Below are positions 1 to 13,834 of a stretch of 64,000 nucleotides of DNA, piece by piece. The stretch is taken from the NCBI RefSeq assembly GCF_035513255.1, contig NZ_DATKCI010000015.1. One strand, 5' to 3'. Source of the DNA: Piscinibacter sp. Its GTDB lineage: Bacteria > Pseudomonadota > Gammaproteobacteria > Burkholderiales > Burkholderiaceae_C. The number at the start of each line of letters is the position of its first letter. Position 1 is the stretch's first letter. The position numbers were made by a program, and so were the translations under genes. The notes under the pieces were generated by a model that saw nothing but the letters and a program-made list of their open reading frames with translations, had not been told where the DNA came from and did no database searches.

Positions 1-1027
1 TCGTGATGTCCTGCGGGCGCACCAGCTGGCCGTTCACTTCCCAGGTGCCGTTGACCAGCGCGAAGTCCTGGAACACGACCTTGATCGTGTCGAGGTAGTA
101 CTCCGCCGGCATGTCGAGCACGGCGTTGTACTCGTCGTAGAACTTGCGGTGCGCCTCGGCGCTTTCGTCGTCGCCGCGCACGAGATCGAGGAAGTAGTCG
201 TAATGCGAACTCAAGTGGCGGTCCGGATTCATCGCGACGAAGCCGGTGTGCTGCAGGAACCCGGGGTACACGCGACGCCCGGTGCCAGGGTAGTTGACCG
301 GCACGCGGTAGATCACGTTGTGCTCGAACCAGTCGTGGCTCTTGTTCATCGCGAGGTTGTTGACAGCCGTGGGCGAGCGGCGCGCATCGATGGGGCCGCC
401 CATCATCGTCATCGTGCGCGGCGTCGGCTCGCCGTTGCTGGCCATCAGCGAGATGGCGGCCAGCACCGGCACGGTCGGCTGGCACACCGAGATCACGTTG
501 ACCTCGGGTCCGACGTGGCGGATGAACTCCTGCATGTAGCCGACGTAGTCGTCGAGGTGGAACGGCCCCTTGTCGATCGGCACCATGCGCGCGTCGGTCC
601 AGTCGGTGATGTAGACCTTGTGCTGCTGCAGCAGCGACATGACCGTGTCGCGCAGCAGCGTGGAGTGGTGGCCCGACAGCGGCGAGATGACCAGCACGGT
701 GGGCTGGTCCTTCATCTCGCTGAGCATCGGCAGGTTGTCGGTGAAGCGCTTGAAGCGCAGCAGCCGGCAGAACGGCTTTTCGATCGCCACCTGTTCCTGC
801 ACCGCCACCTCGACGCCGCTGACGGTGACCGAGGTGATGTTGAACTCCGGCTTCTCGTATTCCTTGGACAGCCGGTGCATCAGGTCCAGGCCGGCGGACA
901 CACGGTGCGCCATCGGCGTGTGCGTGAACGGCGACAGCGGGTGGTTGTACAGCTTGGACGACGCGCTCGCGAATTCCGCGAACGGACTCAGCAGGGCGCG
1001 CTGGGCTTCATAGAGCTGATACAGCAT
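1..1027 (-). CDS. phaZ: Intracellular polyhydroxyalkanoate (PHB) depolymerase, 3' end runs off the window
   Basis: Manually translated minus-strand frame (absent from ORF track, no stop in window): MLYQLYEAQRALLSPF...PLSGHHSTLLRDTV...VISVCQPTVP (catalytic Cys motif of intracellular PhaZ1 type)...MGGPID. Confidence 0.93.
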   Translation of the reverse strand, partial: MLYQLYEAQRALLSPFAEFASASSKLYNHPLSPFTHTPMAHRVSAGLDLMHRLSKEYEKPEFNITSVTVSGVEVAVQEQVAIEKPFCRLLRFKRFTDNLPMLSEMKDQPTVLVISPLSGHHSTLLRDTVMSLLQQHKVYITDWTDARMVPIDKGPFHLDDYVGYMQEFIRHVGPEVNVISVCQPTVPVLAAISLMASNGEPTPRTMTMMGGPIDARRSPTAVNNLAMNKSHDWFEHNVIYRVPVNYPGTGRRVYPGFLQHTGFVAMNPDRHLSSHYDYFLDLVRGDDESAEAHRKFYDEYNAVLDMPAEYYLDTIKVVFQDFALVNGTWEVNGQLVRPQDIT

Positions 1028-1130
1028 CAACGTTCCTTGATCGGGTCAAATACAAGAGGAAAAAGCGCTTGCTCGCCGAGTATCCAGCGTCGGGGGCGGT
1101 GCCTGCGTACGCAGTAACCACTTGTTTTGG

Positions 1131-1142
1131 TGCGTCGCAGCA
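1131..1142. promoter_or_regulatory. Putative PhaR-type operator at the phaZ promoter
   Basis: TGCGTCGCAGCA fits the TGCRNYGCASMA-type PhaR box; it abuts a minus-strand TAGAAT -10 (1142-1147) upstream of phaZ. Confidence 0.5.
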
Positions 1143-1198
1143 TTCTAGAGTTCAACGCAGTCGGAAACCAGATGCATCCCGATGCAATCGCTCGTTTC

Positions 1199-2398
1199 TC
1201 AGTTCACTTGTGCGATTGCACGAACGACTGCGTCGATGTTCTTGCTGTTCAGGGCCGCCACGCAGATGCGCCCCGAGTCCACGCCGTAGATGCCGAATTC
1301 GTCTCGCAGGCGATGCATCTGCTGCTTGCCGAGCCCGGAGTAGCTGAACATTCCCTTTTGCCGCGTGATGAAGCTCATGTCCTGCTGGACGCCGGCGGCT
1401 TTCAACTTGTCCTGCAGCGCCTGGCGCATCTGCTTGATGCGCACGCGCATCGCGGCGAGTTCCTCCTCCCACAACGAGCGCAGCGCCGGCGTGGTCAGCA
1501 CGGTCGCAACGACCTGCGCACCGTGGGTCGGCGGATTGGAGTAGTTCGTGCGGATCACGCGCTTCAATTGACTGAGCACGCGGCCGGCTTCTTCCTTGGA
1601 TTCGCAGATCACACTCAATGCGCCCACGCGCTCGCCGTACAGCGAAAAGCTCTTGGAGAAGCTGGTGGCGACGAAGAAGTCGATGCCGGCCGCCATGAAC
1701 AGGCCGATCACCGCACCGTCTTCGGCGATCCCTTCGCCGAAGCCCTGGTAGGCCATGTCGAGGAAGGGCACCAGTCCGCGGGACGCGACCGTAGCGATGA
1801 CCTGCTTCCACTGGTCTGGCGTGATGTCATAGCCGGTCGGGTTGTGGCAGCAGGCATGCAGAACAACGATCGTGCCCGCCGGGGCGGCGGCGAGCGCGGC
1901 GAGCATGCCGCCGAAGTCGATGTCGCGGCAGGCGGTGTCGTAGTACGGATAGTTCTCGACGACGAAGCCGGCGCTCTCGAACAGCGCGCGGTGGTTTTCC
2001 CAGCTCGGGTCGCTGATCAGCACCTTCGCGTTGGGGTTCACGCGCTTCAGGAAGTCGGCACCGACCTTCAGCCCGCCGGTGCCGCCCACCGCCTGCGCGG
2101 TGGCGATGCGTCCGGCCTGGACGGCCTCGCTGTCGGCTCCGAAGACGAGCCCCTGCACCGCCTTGTCGTAGGCGGCGATGCCGTCGATCGGCAGGTAGCC
2201 GCGGGCCTTCGGCGCCTCGACCATCTGCTTCTCGGCTTGGGCCACGCACTTCAGCAGCGGAAGCTTTCCATCGTCGTCGTAATACACGCCGACACCCAGG
2301 TTCACCTTGGCCGGATTGGGGTCGGCATTGAACTGCTCGTTCAGGCCCAGGATGGGGTCGCGGGGCGCCATTTCGACGGCGGCGAAAAGCGAAGTCAT
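1199..2398 (-). CDS. tyrB: Aromatic amino acid/aspartate aminotransferase (class I PLP)
   Basis: APRDPILGL, KVNLGVGVY, HACCHNPTG, DMAYQGF, SFSKSFSLYGERVGAL motifs. Confidence 0.92.
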   Translation of the reverse strand: MTSLFAAVEMAPRDPILGLNEQFNADPNPAKVNLGVGVYYDDDGKLPLLKCVAQAEKQMVEAPKARGYLPIDGIAAYDKAVQGLVFGADSEAVQAGRIATAQAVGGTGGLKVGADFLKRVNPNAKVLISDPSWENHRALFESAGFVVENYPYYDTACRDIDFGGMLAALAAAPAGTIVVLHACCHNPTGYDITPDQWKQVIATVASRGLVPFLDMAYQGFGEGIAEDGAVIGLFMAAGIDFFVATSFSKSFSLYGERVGALSVICESKEEAGRVLSQLKRVIRTNYSNPPTHGAQVVATVLTTPALRSLWEEELAAMRVRIKQMRQALQDKLKAAGVQQDMSFITRQKGMFSYSGLGKQQMHRLRDEFGIYGVDSGRICVAALNSKNIDAVVRAIAQVN

Positions 2399-2538
2399 GT
2401 CAGTCCTTGCGGGGGTCGTGAAGAAGCGTGTCAGTAGAGTGGATCGGCGAAATGGGCTACGCTTTCCGATTGCCCGGTGCCTTCCTTCCGAGGGAGAACC
2501 CTGGGATTTTATCTGGGACGTTCATCTGGATATCCGCA

Positions 2539-4655
<2,117 letters not shown>

Positions 4656-4659
<4 letters not shown>

Positions 4660-5150
4660 CGGCGCGCCGCGTGCTGATGGTCTGCATGGGCAACATCTGC
4701 CGTTCGCCGACGGCCGAGGCGGTGCTGCGTCACAAGTTGCGCGAAGCTGGCTTGGATCACGTGGTCGTCGATTCGGCCGGCACTCACGCGTACCACGTCG
4801 GCGACCCGCCCGACCCCCGCTCGACCCGGCATGCATCGCGCCGCGGCTACGACCTGTCCGCGCTGCGCGCCCGCAAGGTTTGCCGAGCCGATTTCGAGCA
4901 GTTCGACCTTGTCCTCGCGATGGACTGGGAGAACCTGGAATTGCTCGGCGATCAATGCCCCGCCGAGCACCGCGGCAAGCTGCGCCGCCTGACCGAGTTC
5001 GCTCGCCGCCTCGATGCCGAGATCGTTCCCGACCCCTATTACAGCGGCGCCGACGGCTTCGAGCATGTGCTGGACATCGTCGAAGACGCCTGTGAAGGCC
5101 TCGTCGCACACCTGCTTGCTGCGCCGCACCAAACCGGCGGAACTTCCTGA
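4656..5150 (+). CDS. Low molecular weight protein-tyrosine phosphatase
   Basis: [13 protein letters not shown] (CX5R) and DPYY motifs; ATGA overlap with the uvrB stop. Confidence 0.93.
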
Positions 5151-5153
5151 GCC

Positions 5154-5207
5154 AATGCCGACCGAATTAGTCGGCTTCCGTTATACTTGACCACAGCACT
5201 CGGATTA
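5154..5207 (+). promoter_or_regulatory. Two tandem IscR type-1 binding sites (autoregulation)
   Basis: AATGCCGACCGAATTAGTCGGCTTC and ATACTTGACCACAGCACTCGGATTA resemble ATASYYGACTRWWWYAGTCRRSTAT; located upstream of iscR, the second contains TTGACC. Confidence 0.75.
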
Positions 5208-5316
5208 GAGCGAGGGTTTCCCTGCAAGGGTTACCCCGCGCCTCGGGTAGGTGGACAAGCAGGAGCCGGGAGTTCTGGTTGTTTTGTTGCGCCGTCAAGG
5301 CTTCAGGAGAATTTCA

Positions 5317-5850
5317 ATGCGTTTGACCACCAAAGGCCGCTTCGCGGTCACCGCCATGATCGATCTGGCCTTGCGCGAGCATTCCGGGCCCGTGGCCCTG
5401 GCGGCGATCAGCGCGCGTCAGCAGATTTCGCTGTCCTATCTGGAACAGCTGTTCGGCAAGCTGCGCCGGCATGAGCTCGTCGAAAGCACGCGTGGCCCCG
5501 GCGGCGGCTATTCGCTTGGCCGCAAATCCGAAGAGATCACCGTGGCCGACATCATCGTCGCGGTCGACGAGCCGATCGACGCCACCGGCTGCGGCGGCAA
5601 GGACAACTGCATGGGCGAGGACACCGGCCGTTGCATGACGCACGACCTGTGGGCGAGCCTCAACACCAAGATGATCGAGTACCTCGATTCGATCTCGCTG
5701 AAGTCGCTGGTCGACGAACAGCTCGCCAAAGGCGTCTCGATCGAGGAGCACCCCGTGAAGCGCGCGATCTCGACACAGCCGGTGGTCAAGCCGATCAAGG
5801 TGAACGCCCCGAATTCCGTTTTCGCACTCGGCAACGCATTCTCGAAGTAG
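5317..5850 (+). CDS. iscR: Fe-S cluster assembly transcription factor IscR
   Basis: MRLTTKGRFAVTAM, Rrf2 wHTH, C-X5-C-X7-C-X2-H ligands (CGGKDNCMGEDTGRCMTH); RBS CAGGAG. Confidence 0.96.
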   Translation: MRLTTKGRFAVTAMIDLALREHSGPVALAAISARQQISLSYLEQLFGKLRRHELVESTRGPGGGYSLGRKSEEITVADIIVAVDEPIDATGCGGKDNCMGEDTGRCMTHDLWASLNTKMIEYLDSISLKSLVDEQLAKGVSIEEHPVKRAISTQPVVKPIKVNAPNSVFALGNAFSK

Positions 5851-5908
5851 CCGCCACGTTTGACCCTGCGGCGACATGGAAGACGCCGCGTTGAGCACAC
5901 TCGCCCCC

Positions 5909-7129
5909 ATGGAAAAGACCCCGCACTTCCCGATCTACATCGACTATGCGGCCACCACGCCGGTCGACCAGCGTGTCGTCGACGCGATGATCCCCTGGTT
6001 GCGCGAGCATTTCGGCAACCCGGCGTCGCGCAGCCACGCATGGGGCTGGGAGGCCGAGGCGGCCGTCGAGAAGGCGCGTGAGCAAGTGGCGCAGCTGATC
6101 GGCGCCGATCCGCGCGAAATCGTCTGGACCTCCGGCGCAACCGAGTCGATCAACCTCGCGTTGAAGGGCGCTGCGAACTTCTACAAGACCCGCGGCAAGC
6201 ATTTGATCACCGTGAAGACCGAGCACAAGGCCGTGCTCGACACGATGCGCGAGCTGGAGCGCCAGGGCTTCGAAGTCACCTATCTCGATGTGCGGGAAGA
6301 TGGTCTCATCGACCTTGACGTGTTCAAGACGGCGATCCGGCCCGACACGATCCTCGCCTCGGTGATGTACGTCAACAACGAGATTGGCGTCATTCAGGAC
6401 ATTCCGGCCATCGGCGCGATCTGCCGCGAGCGCGGGATCATCTTCCACGTCGATTCGGCACAGGCCACCGGCAAGCTGGAGATCGATGTCACCAAGCTGC
6501 CGGTTGACCTGATGAGCCTCGCGTCGCACAAGACCTACGGCCCGAAAGGCGTCGGCGCCCTGTTTGTGCGGCGCAAGCCGCGCGTGCGCATCGAAGCGCA
6601 GATGCACGGCGGCGGCCACGAGCGCGGCATGCGTTCCGGCACGCTGCCGTCGCACCAGATCGTCGGCATGGGCGAGGCCTACCGCATCGCGCGCGCCGAG
6701 ATGGGCGCCGAGAGCGAGCGCATCCGCATGCTCCACACACGGCTGCTGGACGGCCTGTCCGACATCGAGCAGACCTTCCTCAACGGCCATCCCGAAAAGC
6801 GCGTGCCCCACAACGTGAACATGTCGTTCAACTACGTGGAAGGCGAGTCGCTGATCATGGGCATCAAGGGCGTCGCGGTGTCGTCAGGTTCGGCCTGTAC
6901 CTCTGCGAGCCTGGAGCCGAGCTACGTGCTGCGTGCGCTCGGCCGCAGCGACGAACTTGCGCACTCGTCGTTGCGCATGACGATCGGGCGCTTCACGACG
7001 GTCGAAGAGATCGACTATGTCGTGAGCACTCTGAAGGACCGCGTGGCCAAGCTGCGCGAGCTCTCTCCGCTGTGGGAGATGTACAAGGACGGCGTCGACA
7101 TCAGCGCCATCCAGTGGGCCGCGCATTGA
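5909..7129 (+). CDS. iscS: Cysteine desulfurase
   Basis: [19 protein letters not shown] (PLP Lys), SSGSACTS; start uncertain (5876/5891/5909). Confidence 0.96.
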   Translation: MEKTPHFPIYIDYAATTPVDQRVVDAMIPWLREHFGNPASRSHAWGWEAEAAVEKAREQVAQLIGADPREIVWTSGATESINLALKGAANFYKTRGKHLITVKTEHKAVLDTMRELERQGFEVTYLDVREDGLIDLDVFKTAIRPDTILASVMYVNNEIGVIQDIPAIGAICRERGIIFHVDSAQATGKLEIDVTKLPVDLMSLASHKTYGPKGVGALFVRRKPRVRIEAQMHGGGHERGMRSGTLPSHQIVGMGEAYRIARAEMGAESERIRMLHTRLLDGLSDIEQTFLNGHPEKRVPHNVNMSFNYVEGESLIMGIKGVAVSSGSACTSASLEPSYVLRALGRSDELAHSSLRMTIGRFTTVEEIDYVVSTLKDRVAKLRELSPLWEMYKDGVDISAIQWAAH

Positions 7130-7144
7130 TGTTTGGAGAATGAC

Positions 7145-7570
7145 ATGGCATACAGTGACAAAGTCGTAGAGCACTACGAAAACCCCCGCAACGTCGGCTC
7201 CTTCGCGAAGGGCGACGAAACTGTCGGCACCGGCATGGTCGGCGCACCGGCCTGCGGCGACGTGATGAAGCTGCAGATCAAGGTGAATCCGAAGACCGGC
7301 CTGATCGAGGACGCCAAGTTCAAGACCTACGGCTGCGGTTCGGCCATCGCGTCGAGCTCGCTCGTGACCGAATGGGTCAAGGGCAAGTCGCTCGACGAGG
7401 CCATGACGATCAAGAACACGCAGATCGCCGAAGAGCTGGCGTTGCCGCCGGTGAAGATCCACTGCTCGATCCTCGCCGAAGACGCAATCAAGGCGGCGGT
7501 GAACGACTACAAGGCCAACCAGACCAAGAGCGGCGCGAACACGTTGTCGCCGGCCGCTCAGGCGCATTGA
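7145..7570 (+). CDS. iscU: Fe-S scaffold protein
   Basis: [34 protein letters not shown]. Confidence 0.97.
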   Translation: MAYSDKVVEHYENPRNVGSFAKGDETVGTGMVGAPACGDVMKLQIKVNPKTGLIEDAKFKTYGCGSAIASSSLVTEWVKGKSLDEAMTIKNTQIAEELALPPVKIHCSILAEDAIKAAVNDYKANQTKSGANTLSPAAQAH

Positions 7571-7574
7571 TCCG

Positions 7575-7898
7575 ATGGCCGTCACCTTGACCGCGGCGGC
7601 AGCACGCCACGTGTCGCGCTACATCACGAAGCGCGGCAAGGGCGTCGGCGTGCGCCTGGGCGTAAAGACGACGGGCTGCTCCGGCCTCGCCTACAAGCTC
7701 GAGTACGCCGACGACGTGGCGCCGGAAGATGTGGTGTTCGAGGGCCATGGCGTCAAGGTGCTGATCGATCCCAAGAGCCTGCCGTACCTCGACGGCACCG
7801 AGCTGGACTTCGTGCGCGAAGGCCTCAACGAAGGCTTCAAGTTCCGCAATCCCCGCGAGAAAGACCGCTGCGGCTGCGGCGAGTCGTTCCGCGTGTGA
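7575..7898 (+). CDS. iscA: A-type Fe-S carrier
   Basis: TTGCSG and CGCGESF motifs. Confidence 0.96.
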   Translation: MAVTLTAAAARHVSRYITKRGKGVGVRLGVKTTGCSGLAYKLEYADDVAPEDVVFEGHGVKVLIDPKSLPYLDGTELDFVREGLNEGFKFRNPREKDRCGCGESFRV

Positions 7899-7959
7899 GC
7901 GATTTCCCGACCTGAAGAGGCGCAACGCCGCGCCTCTGCGGTGTCGCCTGAGCATTCCC

Positions 7960-8478
7960 ATGAAGCTGACCAGCGACGACTTCGAACTGTTCGGCGTGCC
8001 GCGGCGCTTCGAGCAAGACCGCGCCGCGCTCGATGCGCGCTGGCGCTCGCTGCAGGCCGAGGTGCACCCCGACCGCTTCGCGGCCGACGGTGCCGCGTCG
8101 CAGCGTGTGGCGATGCAGTGGGCCGTGCGTGTCAACGAGGCCTATGAGCGGCTGAAGGATCCTGTCCAGCGAGCGGCCTATTTGTGCGAGCTGAATGGCC
8201 GTCCGGTGGAGATTCAGAACAACACCGCAATGCCGGCTGCTTTCCTGGTGCAGCAGATGGAATGGCGCGAAGCTCTCGACGACGCGGAGTCGGAGGACGA
8301 AGTCGATGCGCTGGCCGCCCAGGTCGCGGCGCGCCGAAACAGCGCGCTGGCCGAACTGCGTGACACGCTGGATGGGCGCCGCGACTTCGAAACGGCGGCG
8401 CAGCAGGTCAGAGCCCTCATGTTCATCGAGCGCTTTGCGCAGGACATCGATCAGCGGCTGGAAGCGTTGGGACAATAA
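7960..8478 (+). CDS. hscB: Fe-S co-chaperone HscB
   Basis: J-domain HPD motif (VHPDRF), position in the isc operon. Confidence 0.95.
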   Translation: MKLTSDDFELFGVPRRFEQDRAALDARWRSLQAEVHPDRFAADGAASQRVAMQWAVRVNEAYERLKDPVQRAAYLCELNGRPVEIQNNTAMPAAFLVQQMEWREALDDAESEDEVDALAAQVAARRNSALAELRDTLDGRRDFETAAQQVRALMFIERFAQDIDQRLEALGQ

Positions 8479-8482
8479 CGAC

Positions 8483-10339
<1,857 letters not shown>

Positions 10340-10342
10340 GGC

Positions 10343-10681
10343 ATGCCCATCATCAAGATCCTGCCGCACCCCGAGTACTGCCCGAACGGCGCCGAGATCA
10401 AGGCCGATCCCGGCACCTCCGTCTGCGAGGCGCTGCTCGAGCACGACATCGAGATCGAGCACGCCTGCGAGATGAGCTGCGCGTGCACGACCTGTCACGT
10501 CGTCGTGCGCGAGGGCTTCGACTCGCTCGGAGAGATGGACGAAGCCGAAGAAGACCTGCTCGACCGCGCCTGGGGACTCGAAGCCACCTCACGGCTGTCG
10601 TGCCAGGCGATCCTGTCGCAGCAGGACGTGACCGTCGAGATCCCGAAGTACTCGATCAACTACGCCAAAGAGAAGCACTGA
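10343..10681 (+). CDS. fdx: ISC [2Fe-2S] ferredoxin
   Basis: HACEMSCACTTCH...RLSCQ. Confidence 0.96.
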   Translation: MPIIKILPHPEYCPNGAEIKADPGTSVCEALLEHDIEIEHACEMSCACTTCHVVVREGFDSLGEMDEAEEDLLDRAWGLEATSRLSCQAILSQQDVTVEIPKYSINYAKEKH

Positions 10682-10708
10682 ACCCGGCGCGTTTGCCGCC
10701 GGGGTTTA
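10682..10708. terminator. Hairpin between convergent fdx and mscS-family gene
   Basis: AACCCGGCG-cgtttgc-CGCCGGGGTTT. Confidence 0.55.
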
Positions 10709-11767
10709 CGCCAGCGGCGTGGCCGTTTGCTGCATGTCGAGCTCGGCCCGCATCCGCGGCAGCGCCTGCGGATGCTCGCGCTGAATGAAGCCGATCAGGG
10801 CTTCGCGCAGCTCGCAGCGCAGTTCGAAGTTCTGCGACGACGAAGCCGAGCTCGCGAGGATGCGCAGCTGCATGCAGCGTTCGCTCGCATCGGTGACCTG
10901 CACGGCGCACACGCGCCGGTCCCAGTTCGGGGACGCCTCGCACACACGCTGCGCCTCGCCTCGGATCGGCTCGACCGGCAGCGTGTAGTCGACCCACAGC
11001 ATCACGGTGCCCAGCAGATCGGCGCTGCACCGGGTCCAGTTCTGAAACGGATTTTCGATGAACCACGACAGCGGGACAACGAGGCGTCGCTCGTCCCAGA
11101 TCTTCAGCACGACGAAGGTCGACGTGATTTCCTCGACCCGGCCCCATTCGCCCTCGACGATGAGTACGTCGTCGATGCGGATCGGCTGCGCCAGCGCGAT
11201 CTGCAAGCCGGCCAGCAGGTTGCTGAATACCGACCGCGCGGCGATGCCGACGATCAGTCCGGCGACGCCGGCCGAGGCGAGCAGGCTCGCGCCGAGCTGC
11301 CGCGCGCGCGGGAACGTCATGAGGATGAAGGCGACACCGGCGAAGAGCACCACGCCGATGGCGATGCGCGCAAGCACGCGGGTCTGGGTTTGCACCCGCC
11401 GCGCTTCGAGGTTGTCGGCAACGTTCGACGGATTCAAGGCGACCACGCCGTTTGCGACGCCCTGGATCGCTGCCGCGGCGAGCCAACTGACGGTTGCGAT
11501 GGTCAGAATGCCGTTCAGGTGCTGCACGGCGGCGAGGCCGGGGAGCTCGTCCGGCACACCTTGCCAGACAACCTGCAGCGCGGCCAGTGGCAGGAGGAAC
11601 TGCGCCGGCCGGTCGCATTGCCGGACGACGGCGCTGAGCACGGTGGAGAAGCCGGCAAGACGGTAGGCCAGCGAGCGCAGCAGTCGGTGTGCGACGAGCG
11701 CGGCGAGTACGACGGCGACCGCCAGCAGGGCCAGCCGGCCCCAGGGGCCAAGGTTCGGCAGATCCAT
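10706..11767 (-). CDS. MscS-family mechanosensitive channel
   Basis: LLASAGVAGLIVGIAA..SNLLAGLQIAL.QPIRIDD, GEWGRVEEI, RRLVVP motifs. Confidence 0.9.
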   Translation of the reverse strand: MDLPNLGPWGRLALLAVAVVLAALVAHRLLRSLAYRLAGFSTVLSAVVRQCDRPAQFLLPLAALQVVWQGVPDELPGLAAVQHLNGILTIATVSWLAAAAIQGVANGVVALNPSNVADNLEARRVQTQTRVLARIAIGVVLFAGVAFILMTFPRARQLGASLLASAGVAGLIVGIAARSVFSNLLAGLQIALAQPIRIDDVLIVEGEWGRVEEITSTFVVLKIWDERRLVVPLSWFIENPFQNWTRCSADLLGTVMLWVDYTLPVEPIRGEAQRVCEASPNWDRRVCAVQVTDASERCMQLRILASSASSSQNFELRCELREALIGFIQREHPQALPRMRAELDMQQTATPLA

Positions 11768-11789
11768 CGAGTCAGGTTAGCATGGCCCC

Positions 11790-12614
11790 ATGAACAGGTT
11801 GCAATACGCCCTCGTCGCCGTGCTGGCCGTAGTCGTGATCGCAGTCGGCGTGATGTTTTGGAAGGAGCGGGAGGCCGAACCGCCGCCGCCGATGCAGCCG
11901 CCGGTGGCGGCCGTGCCGCCCGAGCCGGCCGCGCCCGCGCCGTCGGAGCCGGCGATCAAACACCCGATCGAGTCGGCGCCGGTGGCCGAAACGCCCGCCG
12001 CCGCGCCGCTCGACCTCGTCGGCGAGCTCACCGGCCTGTTCGGACGCAAGGCCGTGCTGTCGATGCTGCAGACCGACGACTTTCCGCGCCGCTTCGTCGC
12101 CACGGTCGACAACCTGACGCGCCCGCAGGCGCCGGTCAGTGTCTGGCCGGTGAACCCGACGCCGGGGCGTTTCACGGTGGGCAGCGAGGGCGGCGAAGAG
12201 GTGATCAGCGCCGACAACGGCTTGCGCTATACGCCCTTCATGCTGCTGGTCGAGACGGTGGAGATGCGCGAGGCGGTCGCCGTGTACGTCCGCCAGTACC
12301 CGCTGTTCCAGCAGGCCTATGAAGAGCTGGGCTACCCGAAGCAGTACTTCAACGACCGGCTTGTCCAAGTCATCGACCACCTGCTGGCCACGCCCGAGCC
12401 CACCGGGCCGCTGAAGGTGCGCCTGACGGAGGTTCGCGGGCCGGTGCAGCCGGAGCGCCCGTGGGTGTTCTACGAGTTCGCCGATCCGGCACTCGAGTCG
12501 CTGTCTTCCGGCCAGAAGATCCTGCTGCGCATGGGCCCCGTCAATGAACGGCGGATGAAGGCGAAGCTCGCTGAAATCCGGCGCCTCGTGACCGGCGGTG
12601 CCGTCGGTCGCTAG
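11790..12614 (+). CDS. DUF3014-like membrane-anchored protein
   Basis: N-terminal TM, Pro-rich linker, RRFVATVDN, YPLFQQAYEELGYP..YFNDRLV, LSSGQKILLRMG pattern recalled for DUF3014. Confidence 0.8.
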   Translation: MNRLQYALVAVLAVVVIAVGVMFWKEREAEPPPPMQPPVAAVPPEPAAPAPSEPAIKHPIESAPVAETPAAAPLDLVGELTGLFGRKAVLSMLQTDDFPRRFVATVDNLTRPQAPVSVWPVNPTPGRFTVGSEGGEEVISADNGLRYTPFMLLVETVEMREAVAVYVRQYPLFQQAYEELGYPKQYFNDRLVQVIDHLLATPEPTGPLKVRLTEVRGPVQPERPWVFYEFADPALESLSSGQKILLRMGPVNERRMKAKLAEIRRLVTGGAVGR

Positions 12615-12642
12615 AACCCGCTATCGCGCTCTATCCATCGTG

Positions 12643-13833
12643 ATGCCCAGCTTGCTGCCGGTGGCCGCCGACCTGGCGTGGCCGTTTGCCGTGGCCCTCG
12701 CCTGGATCGCCGGCGAACTGGGCCACCGGTGGCTGCGCCTGCCTCGCATCAGCATGTACGGGCTGGTCGGCTTCGGCCTGGCCGCCACGCAGCTCGGGGT
12801 GCTGCCGTCGGCAGCCGACAGCGGCAGCACGATGCTGCTGGCCAACATCGCGTTCGGGCTGATCCTGTTCGAGTTCGGCTACCGCATCAACCTGCGCTGG
12901 CTGCGCACGAACCCGTGGATCGCGGCCACCGGGCTGTTGGAGGCCGCGGCCACGTTCGTGGCGGTCTACGTCGTGGCCGCCGGCTTCGGCATGTCCGCGC
13001 TGACCTCGCTGCTGCTGGCGTCGATTGCGATGTCGACCTCGCCGGCGGCCGTGATGCGCGTCGTCAACGAGCAGCGCAGCTCCGGGCAGGTGACCGAGCG
13101 GGTGCTGCATCTGTCCGCGTTCAATTGCGTGCTCGCCGTGTTCGCGTTCAAGGTCGTCGTCGGCTTCTGGACCTACGAGAGTTCCGGCAGCGTGCTGCAT
13201 GCGGTCTCGAACAGCCTGGTCGTACTCGGCGCCTCCGCGGGGCTGGGGGCCGTCTTCGGCCTCGGCGTGCCGGCGCTGCTCAGGCGGATCGGCCGGCTCA
13301 GCCGCGATGCGACGGTGGCATTTGCGCTCGCCGTGATCCTGCTGGTTGCGATCACACATGCGCTGAAGCTGTCGCCGGTGCTGGCGGCGCTGACTTTCGG
13401 CTTCGCCGCGCGCCACCGGCGCGTGGCGCTGAACCAGGCGCAGCGCAACTTCGGCGCGCTCGGCGACCTGCTCGCGATCGTGCTGTTCGTGTTCGTCGCG
13501 ACCACGCTCGAATGGCATCGCGTGCTGGCCGGCGCCGGGCTGGCGCTCGCGCTGATCGCCGTGCGCTCGGCCGCCAAGGTGCTCGCGGTGGCCTCGCTCG
13601 CGCGCGTGAGCGGCGTGTCGTGGCGCAAGGGCGTGCTGACCGGCTTGGCGCTGACTCCGATCTCGGTATTCGCGATCCTCGTGCTCGAGGAATCGCGCTT
13701 TCTCGGCATCGACTTCATCGACCAGCTCGCGCCACTGGCGGCGGCCACGCTGCTGCTCGACCTGATCGGTCCGGTGGTGACGCAGCGCAGTCTGATGGCC
13801 GCCGGCGAGAGCGCCGAATCCACGGACACATGA
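12643..13833 (+). CDS. Cation:proton antiporter (CPA2-like, no KTN domain)
   Basis: About 12 hydrophobic segments, LILFEFG, STSPAAV, LTPIS motifs; start ATG 12643. Confidence 0.8.
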   Translation: MPSLLPVAADLAWPFAVALAWIAGELGHRWLRLPRISMYGLVGFGLAATQLGVLPSAADSGSTMLLANIAFGLILFEFGYRINLRWLRTNPWIAATGLLEAAATFVAVYVVAAGFGMSALTSLLLASIAMSTSPAAVMRVVNEQRSSGQVTERVLHLSAFNCVLAVFAFKVVVGFWTYESSGSVLHAVSNSLVVLGASAGLGAVFGLGVPALLRRIGRLSRDATVAFALAVILLVAITHALKLSPVLAALTFGFAARHRRVALNQAQRNFGALGDLLAIVLFVFVATTLEWHRVLAGAGLALALIAVRSAAKVLAVASLARVSGVSWRKGVLTGLALTPISVFAILVLEESRFLGIDFIDQLAPLAAATLLLDLIGPVVTQRSLMAAGESAESTDT

Positions 13834-13834
13834 C

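Noticed and set aside
1037-1049. FNR box near phaZ (TTGATCGGGTCAA)
   Set aside because: The spacing is one base short of TTGAT-N4-ATCAA.
2399-2538. LexA box upstream of uvrB
   Set aside because: No CTGT-N8-ACAG found in the tyrB-uvrB intergenic region.
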